From Candidatus Latescibacterota bacterium (lineage in GTDB: Bacteria; Latescibacterota; UBA2968; GCA-2709665): a stretch of DNA of 64,000 bases. Below, one piece after another: positions 18,590 through 28,681 of the stretch (positions are counted from its first letter, which is position 1; each line of letters opens with the position of its first letter). A model generated the notes under the pieces. It ran no database searches, had not been told where the DNA came from, and was given only the letters and a program-made list of their open reading frames with translations. The position numbers and the translations under genes are program-made. The stretch is from the NCBI GenBank assembly GCA_963667175.2, contig CAXXXF010000011.1, positions 56,331 to 120,330 of the forward strand, written 5' to 3'.

Positions 18590-21513
18590 ATCTGCAACCT
18601 TTCTCCGGCCGGGTCGTAGAAGGGACCGTGGTGGACGTAGGCTTCTTCGAGTTCACCGCCTCTTCGAATCTGAAACGGCGTTCCGGCTTCCGCGGCCACG
18701 TTCGCGGGCAGCCAGCACAGTCCGATGGTCTCTCCGAGCGCCGGACTGAAGCGGCACGACGTCAACCAGCCGATGATCTCCTGTCTGCCGTTCCCGTCCC
18801 GGCACACCGCCTGCAGACCTTCTTCCGGCACGAGGTCAGGTCGCGCCATCCTGAAGCCCACCAGACGCTGCGCCGTCCCCCGTTCCGACATCCTGGTCAA
18901 CATGGGCTTGCCCAGAAAATCCCGCTTGTTCAATTTTACGACCCATTCCATATTCGCGGAAAAGGGATCGGTCAGCGCGTCGGTGTCCTGGCCGACGATG
19001 ATATGCGCCTTTTCCAGTCGGAGCACACGCTGGGCCTCCACGCCGAACGGCGCGACGTCGAATTCCTTCCCCGCCGCCATCAGCGCCTCCCAAACGTGCA
19101 TTCCAAAGGACGCCGGGCAGTGAATTTCGTAGGAAAGCTCGCCCGTGAACCCGATACGCAGAACCCTGCAAAGCACCCCGGCGACGCGGGTCGACCGGAC
19201 ACGCATGTACGGAAACTTCGGATTGCCCAGGTCCCGGTCCGTGAGTAGCTGCAGCACCTCCCTGGACCTGGGACCTGCCAGGTTGAACGCCGCGTAGGAA
19301 TCGGTGAGGTTGACCGCGTGCACCCCGTCTCCCCAGCCCGACTGAGCCCACCATTGAATCCATTCGAAAACCGTCGTCGCGCCCGTGGACGTGGTGCTCA
19401 TATACCATTCGTCTTCCTGCACGCGGGCGCAGACGCCATCGTCGATCACCACGCCTTCGTCGTTGCACATCACGCCGTATCGGACGCGGCCGACGCCCAG
19501 CTTACGCCACTGGTTGACGTACAGCCTTTCGAGCAATTCAGGCACGCCGGATCCAGTCAGCTGGATCTTCCCCAGCGTACTCACGTCCATCAGCCCCACA
19601 CGCTCGCGCACGGCCTTCACTTCGGCGACTGGGTCCCCATAGTCTTCCGGGCGCAGCCAGAGGCCCGCCACCATCATTCCGGCGCCCCGGTCCAGATGCC
19701 ACTGATGCACGGGAGACACCTGAACGGGCTCCATGTTCTGACCGGCCAGCGCGCCAAGCGTTACCGGCGCCACAGGCGGACGCGACGTGGTTTTTCCCGT
19801 CTCCTGCACGTGTGTGCCGTTCGCCCGGGCACAGAGGCGCACCGTATTCATGGAGCACATCCTGCCCTGGCACGGACCCATCGAAATCGTGCTGTACCGT
19901 TTCAGCAGTTCGAGACTGTCGTACCCCTCGACGATTGCCGTCTGCAGATCCACGTCGGTGACGTCTTCGCAATAGCAGAGAAACCGCTTTTTCCTGCCCG
20001 GAACGATCGTACGTCCAGACGTCCGCACCGGTTCACCGGCCTTCCGGGCATGCAGGTCGGAGACCTCGGACGCTGTGGGTCCGTCCCCGAAGCCCAGGAA
20101 GGCGGCGGCGCTTTTTCCCGCGATCCGACCCTCTTCCATGGCGCAGGCTGCCGTGCCGGCGCCCGCGGCGCGGCCCGCCACGAACATGCCTTCCGGCGCG
20201 TCCGTCGCCCGATGTTCCGATCGTTGCTCGTCGTAAACGGACTTCCCGCCCGCCATGTGGAACAATGCAAGGTCCGGCGTCCAGCCCATGCTCACCACAA
20301 CCAGGTCGCATGGCAGGTTTCGCGTTGCGGATCGATCCGCCTCTCCCAACGGATCGATCCGGGCGACTCTGGCGGCCCGGACCCGCTTCGATCCAACGGC
20401 TTCCAGAATCGTATGCCGGAAATACGCGGGCACGCCGCGGGAGATCAACGCTTTAGCGGCCGAACTCGAACACGAGTGCCGCTCATCCACGACCGCGGCG
20501 ACGTCAATGCCAGCCTCCGCCAGGTCTACCGCCACGTCCCAACCATCGTCATTCGCGGTGAGAACCAGGGCCCGCTCTCCGGGCTTCACGCCGTAGAGAT
20601 GGGCCAGGCGCTGCGCGGCGCTGCCCAGCATCACACCGGGGAGGTCGTTGTTGTCGAACAGAAGCGGCATCTCGATGGCACCGGTTGCGACAACCACGGA
20701 CTTCGCCCGTATCTTGAACAGCCGCGAACCCTTTACCGCGGCCAGCCAGTTGTCCTGGTACCAGCCCAGGACGGACGTATCCGTGTAAACGTCGACATCC
20801 GGACGGTTCGCCACCGACGAACGCAGGCTTGCGAACCCGCCGGACCGGGACCGCGAGTAGCGCAGGCGACCGCCCAGCGACGGCTCGACGTCGAAAAGCG
20901 CGACGCTTGCGCCCTGTTCCGCCGCCCCAACGGCCGCGGCCATCCCCGACGGTCCGCCGCCGACCACCGCCACGTCGGCGTGCAGGTACTCTTTGTCGAA
21001 CGCGCCGGGCCGGGACGCGAGGTCCACTTTGCCCAGCCCCGCCGCTCGGCGCAACACGCGCTCGTAGGACGGCCAGAGCGCGGCAGGCCGGATAAAGGTC
21101 TTGTAGTAGAAACCCACCGGCATCAGCGGCGCCGCCAGCTGGGTAAGGGAAAGCAGGTCGCGGTCCAGCGACGGCTGCGCGTTCTGGGAACAAACGGCCA
21201 TTCCCGTCTCGACGCGGCGCGTGCACGCCCGTACGTTCGGCTCGTCCCCGATCTGGACCAGGCAGTTCGGACATTGACCCGCGCAGCACAACAGACCTCT
21301 GGGCCGGTGATACTTGAACGACCGGCTGAAGACCCGTACGCCCGAGGCGGCCATTGCCGATGCAATCGTATCGCCCTCGTATCCGGTATAGTCCCGCCCG
21401 TCGAACGTAAACGCCACCCGCGCCCCGCGATCGATCACCTCTCCGCTACGCGGCGGGAGCCTGTGGGCATCCGTACGGGAACCGGCCTGAGGACGGGTCA
21501 TTTCAGTCGCCAT
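18586..21513 (-). CDS. soxA: Sarcosine oxidase alpha-like subunit (MgdC-like; NAD-binding + GcvT domains)
   Basis: GDTIASA, RSFKYHRPRG, VGGGPSG, LKRYST..MGPCQG, DVSTLGK, GFTGELSYEI, LRLEKAH. Confidence 0.92.
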   Translation of the reverse strand: MATEMTRPQAGSRTDAHRLPPRSGEVIDRGARVAFTFDGRDYTGYEGDTIASAMAASGVRVFSRSFKYHRPRGLLCCAGQCPNCLVQIGDEPNVRACTRRVETGMAVCSQNAQPSLDRDLLSLTQLAAPLMPVGFYYKTFIRPAALWPSYERVLRRAAGLGKVDLASRPGAFDKEYLHADVAVVGGGPSGMAAAVGAAEQGASVALFDVEPSLGGRLRYSRSRSGGFASLRSSVANRPDVDVYTDTSVLGWYQDNWLAAVKGSRLFKIRAKSVVVATGAIEMPLLFDNNDLPGVMLGSAAQRLAHLYGVKPGERALVLTANDDGWDVAVDLAEAGIDVAAVVDERHSCSSSAAKALISRGVPAYFRHTILEAVGSKRVRAARVARIDPLGEADRSATRNLPCDLVVVSMGWTPDLALFHMAGGKSVYDEQRSEHRATDAPEGMFVAGRAAGAGTAACAMEEGRIAGKSAAAFLGFGDGPTASEVSDLHARKAGEPVRTSGRTIVPGRKKRFLCYCEDVTDVDLQTAIVEGYDSLELLKRYSTISMGPCQGRMCSMNTVRLCARANGTHVQETGKTTSRPPVAPVTLGALAGQNMEPVQVSPVHQWHLDRGAGMMVAGLWLRPEDYGDPVAEVKAVRERVGLMDVSTLGKIQLTGSGVPELLERLYVNQWRKLGVGRVRYGVMCNDEGVVIDDGVCARVQEDEWYMSTTSTGATTVFEWIQWWAQSGWGDGVHAVNLTDSYAAFNLAGPRSREVLQLLTDRDLGNPKFPYMRVRSTRVAGVLCRVLRIGFTGELSYEIHCPASFGMHVWEALMAAGKEFDVAPFGVEAQRVLRLEKAHIIVGQDTDALTDPFSANMEWVVKLNKRDFLGKPMLTRMSERGTAQRLVGFRMARPDLVPEEGLQAVCRDGNGRQEIIGWLTSCRFSPALGETIGLCWLPANVAAEAGTPFQIRRGGELEEAYVHHGPFYDPAGERLQM

Positions 21514-21790
21514 CGGCGCCCTCCCCGGCCTCGTCCGGCTGCCAGACGTTCGTCTTCAGGACTTCCTGTGTCTTCGTATGCCGTTCCGCCAGAAACCACA
21601 GGCCGCACCCCGCCTGGTGATACCACCACGCCTTCTCCACGCCCAGCCTGTTGTCGCGCAAATAGAGATACGCGGCCAGTTCCGCGTCGCCGCAAGCGTC
21701 GGGGTTCGGAGGCCGGGGATTGAACTCACCCCCGAAGCGGAACTCACTGACGTTACGTTCGCCGCAATTCGGACAGGATAGGATCAACAT
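21503..21790 (-). CDS. soxD: Sarcosine oxidase delta-like subunit (MgdB-like)
   Basis: CPNCGERNVSEF, YLRDN, WYHQAGC, ERHT. Confidence 0.9.
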   Translation of the reverse strand: MLILSCPNCGERNVSEFRFGGEFNPRPPNPDACGDAELAAYLYLRDNRLGVEKAWWYHQAGCGLWFLAERHTKTQEVLKTNVWQPDEAGEGADGD

Positions 21791-21862
21791 CAAACGCTCA
21801 GATTCCGGGTCCGCGCGGAAACCTGCATGTCCGCAAGGCCGACCCTGTTCGCCACTCGACCG

Positions 21863-23101
21863 TCAATGACCCACCGACGCCGCGCCCTTTTCGCCGACCA
21901 GGTCGAATTCCTCGAACCTGGACAGCCGGAACGGTCGAATCAGGTCCGGGGTGCGTTCGCCGGCGATCAATTCGGCCATGGTGCGCCCGCAGATGGGGGA
22001 CGCCTTGAACCCGTAGGTGCCCCAACCCACGTCCACGAGAAAGCCGCGCACCGGCGTGAAGCCCATGATGGGACTATAGTCCGGCGTCATATCGCACAGC
22101 CCCGCCCACTGGCGCAACACCCGCACCCTGCTCAGGAACGGAAACAGTTCCAGCATGTGTCCGGCGATGCCCTCCATAAACGCCAGCGAAGAATCCATCG
22201 AGTAGGACGTATAGGGATCCACGCTCGCGCCCATCACCAGTTCGCCGCGGTCGGACTGACTGACGTACACGTGCAGACTGCCCGACACGATGACCACGTC
22301 CAGAAACGGCTTCAGGGGTTCGGTGACGCACGCCTGCAGCGGAAAGGTGGTCAGGGGCAGGCGAACGCCCGCCATGTCGGCGATGGTCGACCCCCAACCC
22401 GCAGTCGCGTTCAACACCGTACCGGTCTTGATGTATCCCCCCGTCGTCTCCACGCCCACGACGCTATCGCCCCGCACGTCGACGCCGGTTAGCGCGGTCT
22501 GCTGGTGGATGTGCACCCCCCTCCGGTCGGCCTGATGGGCATAGCCCCAAACGACCGCGTCGTGACGGACGATGCCTCCGGGAGGATGGTACAGCGCAGC
22601 CAGAATCGGGTAGCGGGGATGGTCGCTGACGTCGATGCCCGGGCAGAGCCTTTCGATTTCGTCGGGTGGGATCAGCTCCGACACCACCCCCTGAAGCTTG
22701 TTCACCTCGGCCCGCCGGCGCATCGTGCGCACGGCCCCGTCGGTATGCGCCAGCGTGAGGTGCCCGCGCTGGCTGAACATGACGTTGAAATCCAGCTCCG
22801 TCGCCATCTGCTCGTACAGCCGCACGCTTTCGTCGTAGAAGCGCACGCCTTCAGGGGTCAGGTAATTGCTGCGGATAATGGCGGTATTCCGCCCGCTCCC
22901 GCCCGAACCGATGTACCCTTTCTCAATAACCGCAACGTCCGTGATGGCGTGCTGTGCGGCCAGATAGTAGGCGCAGGCCAGTCCATGGGCGCCTCCGCCC
23001 ACGATGACCACGTCGTAACGGTCCCTGACGGGATGGGACCGCCACATCCTGGGCAACAGCCCGTTCCCGTTCAGCGCCTGCCGGATCAGCTTGAACGACA
23101 C
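21863..23101 (-). CDS. soxB: Sarcosine oxidase beta-like FAD subunit (MgdA-like)
   Basis: VGGGAHGLACAYYLA, GSGRNTAIIRSNY, RHDAVVWGYA, DMTPDYSPI, GWGTYGFKA, EKGAASVGH; GTG start 23101. Confidence 0.92.
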   Translation of the reverse strand: MSFKLIRQALNGNGLLPRMWRSHPVRDRYDVVIVGGGAHGLACAYYLAAQHAITDVAVIEKGYIGSGGSGRNTAIIRSNYLTPEGVRFYDESVRLYEQMATELDFNVMFSQRGHLTLAHTDGAVRTMRRRAEVNKLQGVVSELIPPDEIERLCPGIDVSDHPRYPILAALYHPPGGIVRHDAVVWGYAHQADRRGVHIHQQTALTGVDVRGDSVVGVETTGGYIKTGTVLNATAGWGSTIADMAGVRLPLTTFPLQACVTEPLKPFLDVVIVSGSLHVYVSQSDRGELVMGASVDPYTSYSMDSSLAFMEGIAGHMLELFPFLSRVRVLRQWAGLCDMTPDYSPIMGFTPVRGFLVDVGWGTYGFKASPICGRTMAELIAGERTPDLIRPFRLSRFEEFDLVGEKGAASVGH

Positions 23102-23154
23102 GTCACTGTCCTTGATAACCCCGACGTGGTCCGGGACGACCCGGGGTTCCTCTT

Positions 23155-24501
23155 CTATTGCCAGCCCGGCCCGCCCCCGGCGACGCGGTTCGTCCCGACC
23201 AGCGGGAGATTGCAGATCATGGACGCTTCGGAAGTCAGCGCCCGCATGTCTTCCGGCTCCAGATCGTGTACGTCGGCCTTGCCGCATGCGCGCGCCAGAA
23301 TCTGAATTTCCGACGTCATGGCCTGCAGCAGGTTGGCCACGCGCTCAGCCGCTTCGTCCACATGGAGGCGCGCCATCAGATCCGGGTCCTGCGTGGTAAT
23401 TCCCACCGGGCAGCGACCGGTATGGCAGTGATGGCAGCGATACGGCTCGGCGCCCAGCGCCCGGTAGTCGTCCACGTGGATCGGCTTGTTGCAGTTCAGC
23501 GCCATCAATGCCGCCGTGCCGATGTATACCGCATCGGCGCCCAGTGCCATCGCCTTGGCGGCGTCGACGCCGTTCCGGATGCCGCCCGCGATGATCAGCT
23601 GCACCTTTCCGTACATTCCGATATCTTCGAGCGCCGCGCGCGCTTCGCAGACCGCCGCCAGCGTGGGAATGCCCGTATGCTCCTGGCAGATTTCCGCGGA
23701 CGCCCCTGTGCCGCCCTCCATGCCGTCCACGACGACCACGTCGGCCCCGGCCTTGGCCGCCAGGCGAACGTCGTCGAACACCCGCGTGGCGCCCATCTTG
23801 ACAAATATGGGGACCTGCCAGTCCGTGGCCTCGCGAAGCTCTTCGATCTTGATGATCATATCGTCAGGACCCAGAAAATCCGGGTGCCGCGCCGGACTCC
23901 GCTGGTCCACGCCGAGGGGAAGGTCCCGCTGCGACGCCACGTCGCCGAGCACCTTGGCGCCCAGCAGCAATCCCCCCGTGCCGGGCTTTGCGCCCTGTCC
24001 GATGGTGAGTTCGATCCCGTCGGCAACGCGGAGGTCGTGCACGTTGATACCGTACCGGGACGGCAGAACCTCGTAGACCAGCACCTTGCTTTCTTCCCGT
24101 TCCGCCTTCAACATCCCGCCGTCTCCGGTCGTGTTGGAGGATCCGACCATGTTGGCGCCGCGAGCCAGCGCCACCTTGGCGTTGTAGGACAGCGCGCCCC
24201 AACTCATGCCGGTGATCATGATGGGTGTATCCAGCACGATGGGCTTTTCGGCGTAACGACCGCCGAGTACCGTCTCAGCCGAGCAACGCTCCCGGTATCC
24301 CTCCAGCGGAATTCGCGTCAGCGTACAGGGAATGAAGGTCAGATCATCGAACGTGGGCCACCGCCGCTCCCGCAACGTGCCGAACCCGCGAATCCGGTAC
24401 CGGCCCAGTTCGGCCTTCACCTGGATGTCTTCGATCACGGCGGGCGTGAAGGTGCCGCTGGCCTGCGCCGGATGAAAGCTCCCGTTTTGATCTTCCACCA
24501 T
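23155..24501 (-). CDS. mgsC: FMN-binding glutamate synthase family protein (N-methylglutamate synthase C)
   Basis: GMSWGALS, TTGDGG, GQGAKPGTGG, RSPARHPD, DGMEGGTGA, CHHCHTGRCPVGITTQD. Confidence 0.88.
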   Translation of the reverse strand: MVEDQNGSFHPAQASGTFTPAVIEDIQVKAELGRYRIRGFGTLRERRWPTFDDLTFIPCTLTRIPLEGYRERCSAETVLGGRYAEKPIVLDTPIMITGMSWGALSYNAKVALARGANMVGSSNTTGDGGMLKAEREESKVLVYEVLPSRYGINVHDLRVADGIELTIGQGAKPGTGGLLLGAKVLGDVASQRDLPLGVDQRSPARHPDFLGPDDMIIKIEELREATDWQVPIFVKMGATRVFDDVRLAAKAGADVVVVDGMEGGTGASAEICQEHTGIPTLAAVCEARAALEDIGMYGKVQLIIAGGIRNGVDAAKAMALGADAVYIGTAALMALNCNKPIHVDDYRALGAEPYRCHHCHTGRCPVGITTQDPDLMARLHVDEAAERVANLLQAMTSEIQILARACGKADVHDLEPEDMRALTSEASMICNLPLVGTNRVAGGGPGWQ

Positions 24502-24575
24502 CGTTGCCCTGTTCGGATTGAATGCGGATCCGGACGCCGCCGCCGGCATGCGCCGACAGATCTTGCCGTTCAGCC

Positions 24576-25271
24576 TTACAACGCTTCCCGCCAGACCGCG
24601 CGCTCGTCCTTGTCGAAATTCCAGAGCTTGCGCCCGGCCACCACTTTCTTGAACGACGTTACGTCCTGCTGCTTGTCCAGATGTTCCTGTATGGAAGCGC
24701 TCAGAAAAGCGAACTCGGCCTCGCCGGGCGTTTCGACCACCGCGTCGTTGCCGAGTTCCGCGATCTCTCCGCCAACGAAACATTCGGTCTCGTACATCGA
24801 ATCGGCGAAGGCGTCGCCGGTGTCGCCGCAGACAACAATGCGGCCCCTTTGTCCCATGAAGCCGGCCATATACCCGCAATCCCCGCCGACGACGATCAGC
24901 CCGCCCTTCATCGCCACGCCCAGCCGGGCCGAGGCGTGACCCCGGACCACCACGGTCCCGCCGCGAATGGACGCCGCGGAACCGTTGCCCGCGTTGCCGT
25001 GCACGATGACCTTCCCGCTCATCATCGACTCCGCCAGGCCCCATCCCGCGCTGCCCTTCACCTCCACGGTCGCCCCGTCGATCATCCCGGCGCAATAGTA
25101 TCCCACGCTCCCCTCCAGCGTGAGATGGACCGGATCCAGGAGCGCCACGCCGAGGTTGTGCCGCGCGCCCGGATCCAGGACACGCACTTCGCCTTCCCCC
25201 GCGGCAACGAACGCCCTGATCTCCCGGTTGATCTCCCGCGTCGTCTTCCCGTTGCAGGTCAGTTGCGCCAT
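24576..25271 (-). CDS. mgsB: GXGXG protein (N-methylglutamate synthase B)
   Basis: GSVGYYCAGM, GWGLAESMMSG, GVAMKGG, FADSMYE, RKLWNFD. Confidence 0.85.
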   Translation of the reverse strand: MAQLTCNGKTTREINREIRAFVAAGEGEVRVLDPGARHNLGVALLDPVHLTLEGSVGYYCAGMIDGATVEVKGSAGWGLAESMMSGKVIVHGNAGNGSAASIRGGTVVVRGHASARLGVAMKGGLIVVGGDCGYMAGFMGQRGRIVVCGDTGDAFADSMYETECFVGGEIAELGNDAVVETPGEAEFAFLSASIQEHLDKQQDVTSFKKVVAGRKLWNFDKDERAVWREAL

Positions 25272-26164
25272 AGCCGCATGTCCTTGGCACGGGCTTCAAC
25301 CACGTCGTAGTCTCCATCGAGGGCCGAACGGAACGCGATCTCTTCCGTGGCCACCGCCGCAAAATCTGCCGTTTCCGCAAAGAGCAACGGCTTGAACGCA
25401 TAGGGGTCCCGAACGAAGCCGACGGCGTAGGGTGTGGCCACCAGATAGCTAAACGAGCCGTCCAACTCTACCAGAGAGGCGGCCATCGCCGCCTCCAGGT
25501 CCTTTCCGTCCGCAAGTTTCCGGCGCAGGTACATCCCGATGATTTCGGAGTCGTTCTCTGTATAAAACCTTGCGCCGTCCTGCTCGTAGATGCGGCGCAA
25601 CTTGTGATAGTTGGTGATGTGCCCGTTGTGGACGATGGCAAGGTCGGGATGTCCGTGGGCCCAGAAAGGCTGGGAGTGGCTCAGATCGATCCGGGACTCG
25701 GTGGAAAGGCGGGTATGGCCGATGCCGTGCGTCCCTTCGAAGCAGGAAATCCGGTAGGTCTCGTCCAGGTTACGCGGAGATCCGACCTGCTTTACGATTT
25801 CCAGCCGGCGCCCCATGCTCACCACCTCCACACCCTCGCCCGCGCCCTCGATCGCCTGCTCGAGCGGTCTCGTTTCTCCTCCATTCGCGAGAACCAGACG
25901 CAGGTACTCCGCCGTGCGGGCGTACTCTGAAACCGCGCCGAATGCCTCCGCCCGCGCGACGACCCGCCGTGCGGTCGCCTCGTAATCCGCAGACTTTCCC
26001 AGACTCACGCGCAGCACCAGACGCCCGTCCTGTCCTTCGCCATACAGCGCCACGCCTGCCGAGTCCGGCCCGCGGCAATCCAGGGCGCCAAGCATTTTCA
26101 GAATCGTCCGTCCGAGCCCGCTGGTATCTTCCTGCCGGTTCAAGAACCCCACGATGCCGCACAC
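25259..26164 (-). CDS. mgsA: Class II glutamine amidotransferase (N-methylglutamate synthase A)
   Basis: GTG start then CGIVG, RGPDSAG, GHTRLSTES, VHNGHITN, ENDSE. Confidence 0.85.
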   Translation of the reverse strand: MCGIVGFLNRQEDTSGLGRTILKMLGALDCRGPDSAGVALYGEGQDGRLVLRVSLGKSADYEATARRVVARAEAFGAVSEYARTAEYLRLVLANGGETRPLEQAIEGAGEGVEVVSMGRRLEIVKQVGSPRNLDETYRISCFEGTHGIGHTRLSTESRIDLSHSQPFWAHGHPDLAIVHNGHITNYHKLRRIYEQDGARFYTENDSEIIGMYLRRKLADGKDLEAAMAASLVELDGSFSYLVATPYAVGFVRDPYAFKPLLFAETADFAAVATEEIAFRSALDGDYDVVEARAKDMRLWRN

Positions 26165-26279
26165 TGTTTTCTTCTCCGGAATGACATAAAAAAACCGTAC
26201 CAACTTCGGTGAAGCGGGTACGGATGATCGCACGGTACAGGCGAAAAGTCAAGCCAAAACCTGGTTGGCGTCGCGTCCC

Positions 26280-27620
26280 CTATCGCGCAGCCCCGCAGCA
26301 CCGCTTGAATTTCCGGCCGCTGCCGCAGGGACAGGGCTCGTTCCGGCCCACGCTTCGGGCCCGGGAGGCCGCCCGTCGGGATTCCCTGGCCCGCACCCAA
26401 TGCATCACGTTCGCCGCGGGCCGGCCGGCCGCCAGCTCTTTCGCCATCATTTGCATGTAGGGGTCCACGTGGCCGAAGAACGTCTTGTATCCCGTGCAAA
26501 GGTAGTTCAGCCCCGCCTCTCCGTCGGGCGTGTGGATGAACCGCTGCTTGGGGCACCCGCCGTTGCACGCGAAACGGTAGTCGCAGGCCCTGCAATACGC
26601 TGGCAGGGTATCGTGCTTGTCGGACCCGAATTTTTCCTGCAGGGGGCTGTCCACCATCTCACGGATGCTCTTTTCACGGACGTTGCCGAGATTGTACTGC
26701 GGATAGACGAAGTGATCGCAAGAATACAAATCGCCATTGTGTTCGATGATCAGCGCCCTGCCGCACTTTTCCGCGAAAATGCAGAGGCTGGCATCCTGCC
26801 CCATCCAACTTCCCAGCGCGATATCGAACATCTGGACGAAATACCGGCCAACGTCCTTCCGGACCCATTCGTCGAAGACGGCGCAGAGGAACCTGCCGTA
26901 CTGCGCAGAACCCACCGACCACTTCGAAACCCGGGCCCGCCCATCGAACTCAGGCGCCACAAGCTCCAGGAGATCGTCACCGGGGGTGTCCGCGATCCGT
27001 TCCACGATCGGGATGAACTGCATGTAGCGGCTCCCGATGGACTTGAGAAAGCGATAGACTTCCAATGGGTATCCCGCGTTATGGGCCTGCAGCACCGTAA
27101 GTGTATTGTACTCCACCCGGTGATTCTTCAGGACGTCCAGGCCCGCCATCACGCGGTCGAACGTGGGCTTCCCTCCTTTGTCCACACGGTACCTGTCGTG
27201 CATCTCCCGCGGTCCGTCCACGGACAATCCCACAAGAAACCGGTGTTCAGCCAGAAACTCCCCCCACTCGTCGTCGAGCAGGATTCCGTTGGTCTGGAAC
27301 GCGTTCGTGATGGTCTTGCCGTTGGCATACCTCGCCTGAAAGTCCGTGGCCCGCCGGTAGAAATCCACGCCCATCAGCGTGGGTTCGCCGCCCTGCCAGG
27401 CAAAATGCACCTCCGGGACGTCCTGCGCTTCGATGTAGAGCCGGACGTACAACTCCAGCGTGTCGTCGTCCATTCGCCAGTTCCCGCCGGCGTCCGGATA
27501 CAGCTTTTCCTTCTCCAGGTAAAAGCAGTACTTGCAGTCGATATTGCAGACCGCGCCGGATGGCTTTGCCATCACGTGACAGGCCTCGGCGCGTTCGATG
27601 GTCGTTTCATCGATTGCCAT
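26280..27620 (-). CDS. Anaerobic sulfatase-maturating radical SAM/SPASM enzyme with C-terminal SEC-C motif
   Basis: CNIDCKYC, WQGGEPTL, FQTNG, YSCDHFV, CRAC...CNGGCPK, GRNEPCPCGSGRKFKRCC. Confidence 0.93.
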   Translation of the reverse strand: MAIDETTIERAEACHVMAKPSGAVCNIDCKYCFYLEKEKLYPDAGGNWRMDDDTLELYVRLYIEAQDVPEVHFAWQGGEPTLMGVDFYRRATDFQARYANGKTITNAFQTNGILLDDEWGEFLAEHRFLVGLSVDGPREMHDRYRVDKGGKPTFDRVMAGLDVLKNHRVEYNTLTVLQAHNAGYPLEVYRFLKSIGSRYMQFIPIVERIADTPGDDLLELVAPEFDGRARVSKWSVGSAQYGRFLCAVFDEWVRKDVGRYFVQMFDIALGSWMGQDASLCIFAEKCGRALIIEHNGDLYSCDHFVYPQYNLGNVREKSIREMVDSPLQEKFGSDKHDTLPAYCRACDYRFACNGGCPKQRFIHTPDGEAGLNYLCTGYKTFFGHVDPYMQMMAKELAAGRPAANVMHWVRARESRRAASRARSVGRNEPCPCGSGRKFKRCCGAAR

Positions 27621-27679
27621 TTCGGCGATCCGGATTGAAATGCGACGGCCTGTGGCCGACGTACGCTGCAGGAACCCGT

Positions 27680-28525
27680 CTACGCGTCGGCCAGTGCGGC
27701 CGAGTCGAACGTGCGCACGTGTGCGTCGCCGCCTGCCACCGTACCCTTCCAGGCGTAGGGGTCTTCTCCCGCGACCATCACGATGCCCCGGTAATCGGCG
27801 CGCGCCATGCGTCCGTCGACCGGCGTATGCCATGGGAGAAGAGAGTAAGCGTTCATATAGTGATTCACCAGGACCCGCCGGAACCGGTCCGACCGGTTCT
27901 TGCGGGACCGGTGCAACAGATATCCATTGAAGAAGACCACCGCGCCGGCTCGACACACCACCGGTATTTCGCCATGATCGTCGAAGCCGTAGGACTCCTG
28001 GGCGGAGTCGAACTCCTCGGGCCGCCCGTGCGAACGCTGGGGATACAGATAGCCGTTCCGGTGGGACCCCGGCAGGACCCACATGCACCCGTTCTCCACG
28101 GTCGCGTCGTCCAGCGCGTACCATGCGCCGGTAAGGCTTCTGTCGCGCGTGGGGATGTACACCTCGTCCTGATGCCAGGCCTGCCCGGGAAACCCGGGCG
28201 GCTTGATGAACAGCATGGTCTGCATGCACTTGACGTTGGGCGCCACCAACCCTGAAAGCGCTCTGGAAACCCCCTGATGTGCGAGGGCCCTCCGCATGAA
28301 CGGACTGATGCGGTGCGGCTGGTGGATGCACAGGTATTGCGAGAGGGCCGCTTCGTCGGACATCGCGTTGGGTACCGGCTTCAGATTCTCGCTCTTGTAA
28401 GCTCCGCGACAGAGCTTTACGGCGTCCATACGAATCGCCTCAACGTCCTCATCGCTCAACAGACCTTCCACGACCAGAAACCCCTGTTCCCGAAAGGCCT
28501 CGACCTGCGTTTGCGACAATTTCAT
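27680..28525 (-). CDS. PhyH family dioxygenase
   Basis: FREQGFL, KPPG...WHQD, ENGCMWVLPGSH, LHRS. Confidence 0.9.
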   Translation of the reverse strand: MKLSQTQVEAFREQGFLVVEGLLSDEDVEAIRMDAVKLCRGAYKSENLKPVPNAMSDEAALSQYLCIHQPHRISPFMRRALAHQGVSRALSGLVAPNVKCMQTMLFIKPPGFPGQAWHQDEVYIPTRDRSLTGAWYALDDATVENGCMWVLPGSHRNGYLYPQRSHGRPEEFDSAQESYGFDDHGEIPVVCRAGAVVFFNGYLLHRSRKNRSDRFRRVLVNHYMNAYSLLPWHTPVDGRMARADYRGIVMVAGEDPYAWKGTVAGGDAHVRTFDSAALADA

Positions 28526-28572
28526 AGCGGGGCCCCGCGTGCGCATCGGTATCCACTCACTCAACTTTCTGA

Positions 28573-28601
28573 AAAATAAGCGCGATCCGGTCGAATGTCA
28601 A
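28573..28601 (-). promoter_or_regulatory. Candidate sigma70 promoter for the PhyH/maturase genes
   Basis: TTGACA-17 nt-TATTTT on the minus strand, about 50 nt upstream of ATG 28525. Confidence 0.45.
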
Positions 28602-28681
28602 TGCCGGTCGCCACGTGCGCGTTGCTGCGCAGCCCGCGGGTCTCTATCCGGACCTGGTGTCCCGCCCAAGAGTACCTCACC

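Noticed and set aside
19318-21723. 801-aa plus-strand ORF and similar long antisense ORFs (e.g. 23158-24939, 12123-13517)
   Set aside because: Shadow frames of clearly recognisable minus-strand genes in high-GC DNA; no motifs.
23155-28331. Long N-terminal extensions in the track (748-aa mgsC ORF, 683-aa maturase ORF)
   Set aside because: The extensions overlap real upstream genes in other frames; starts were reassigned to 24501 and 27620.
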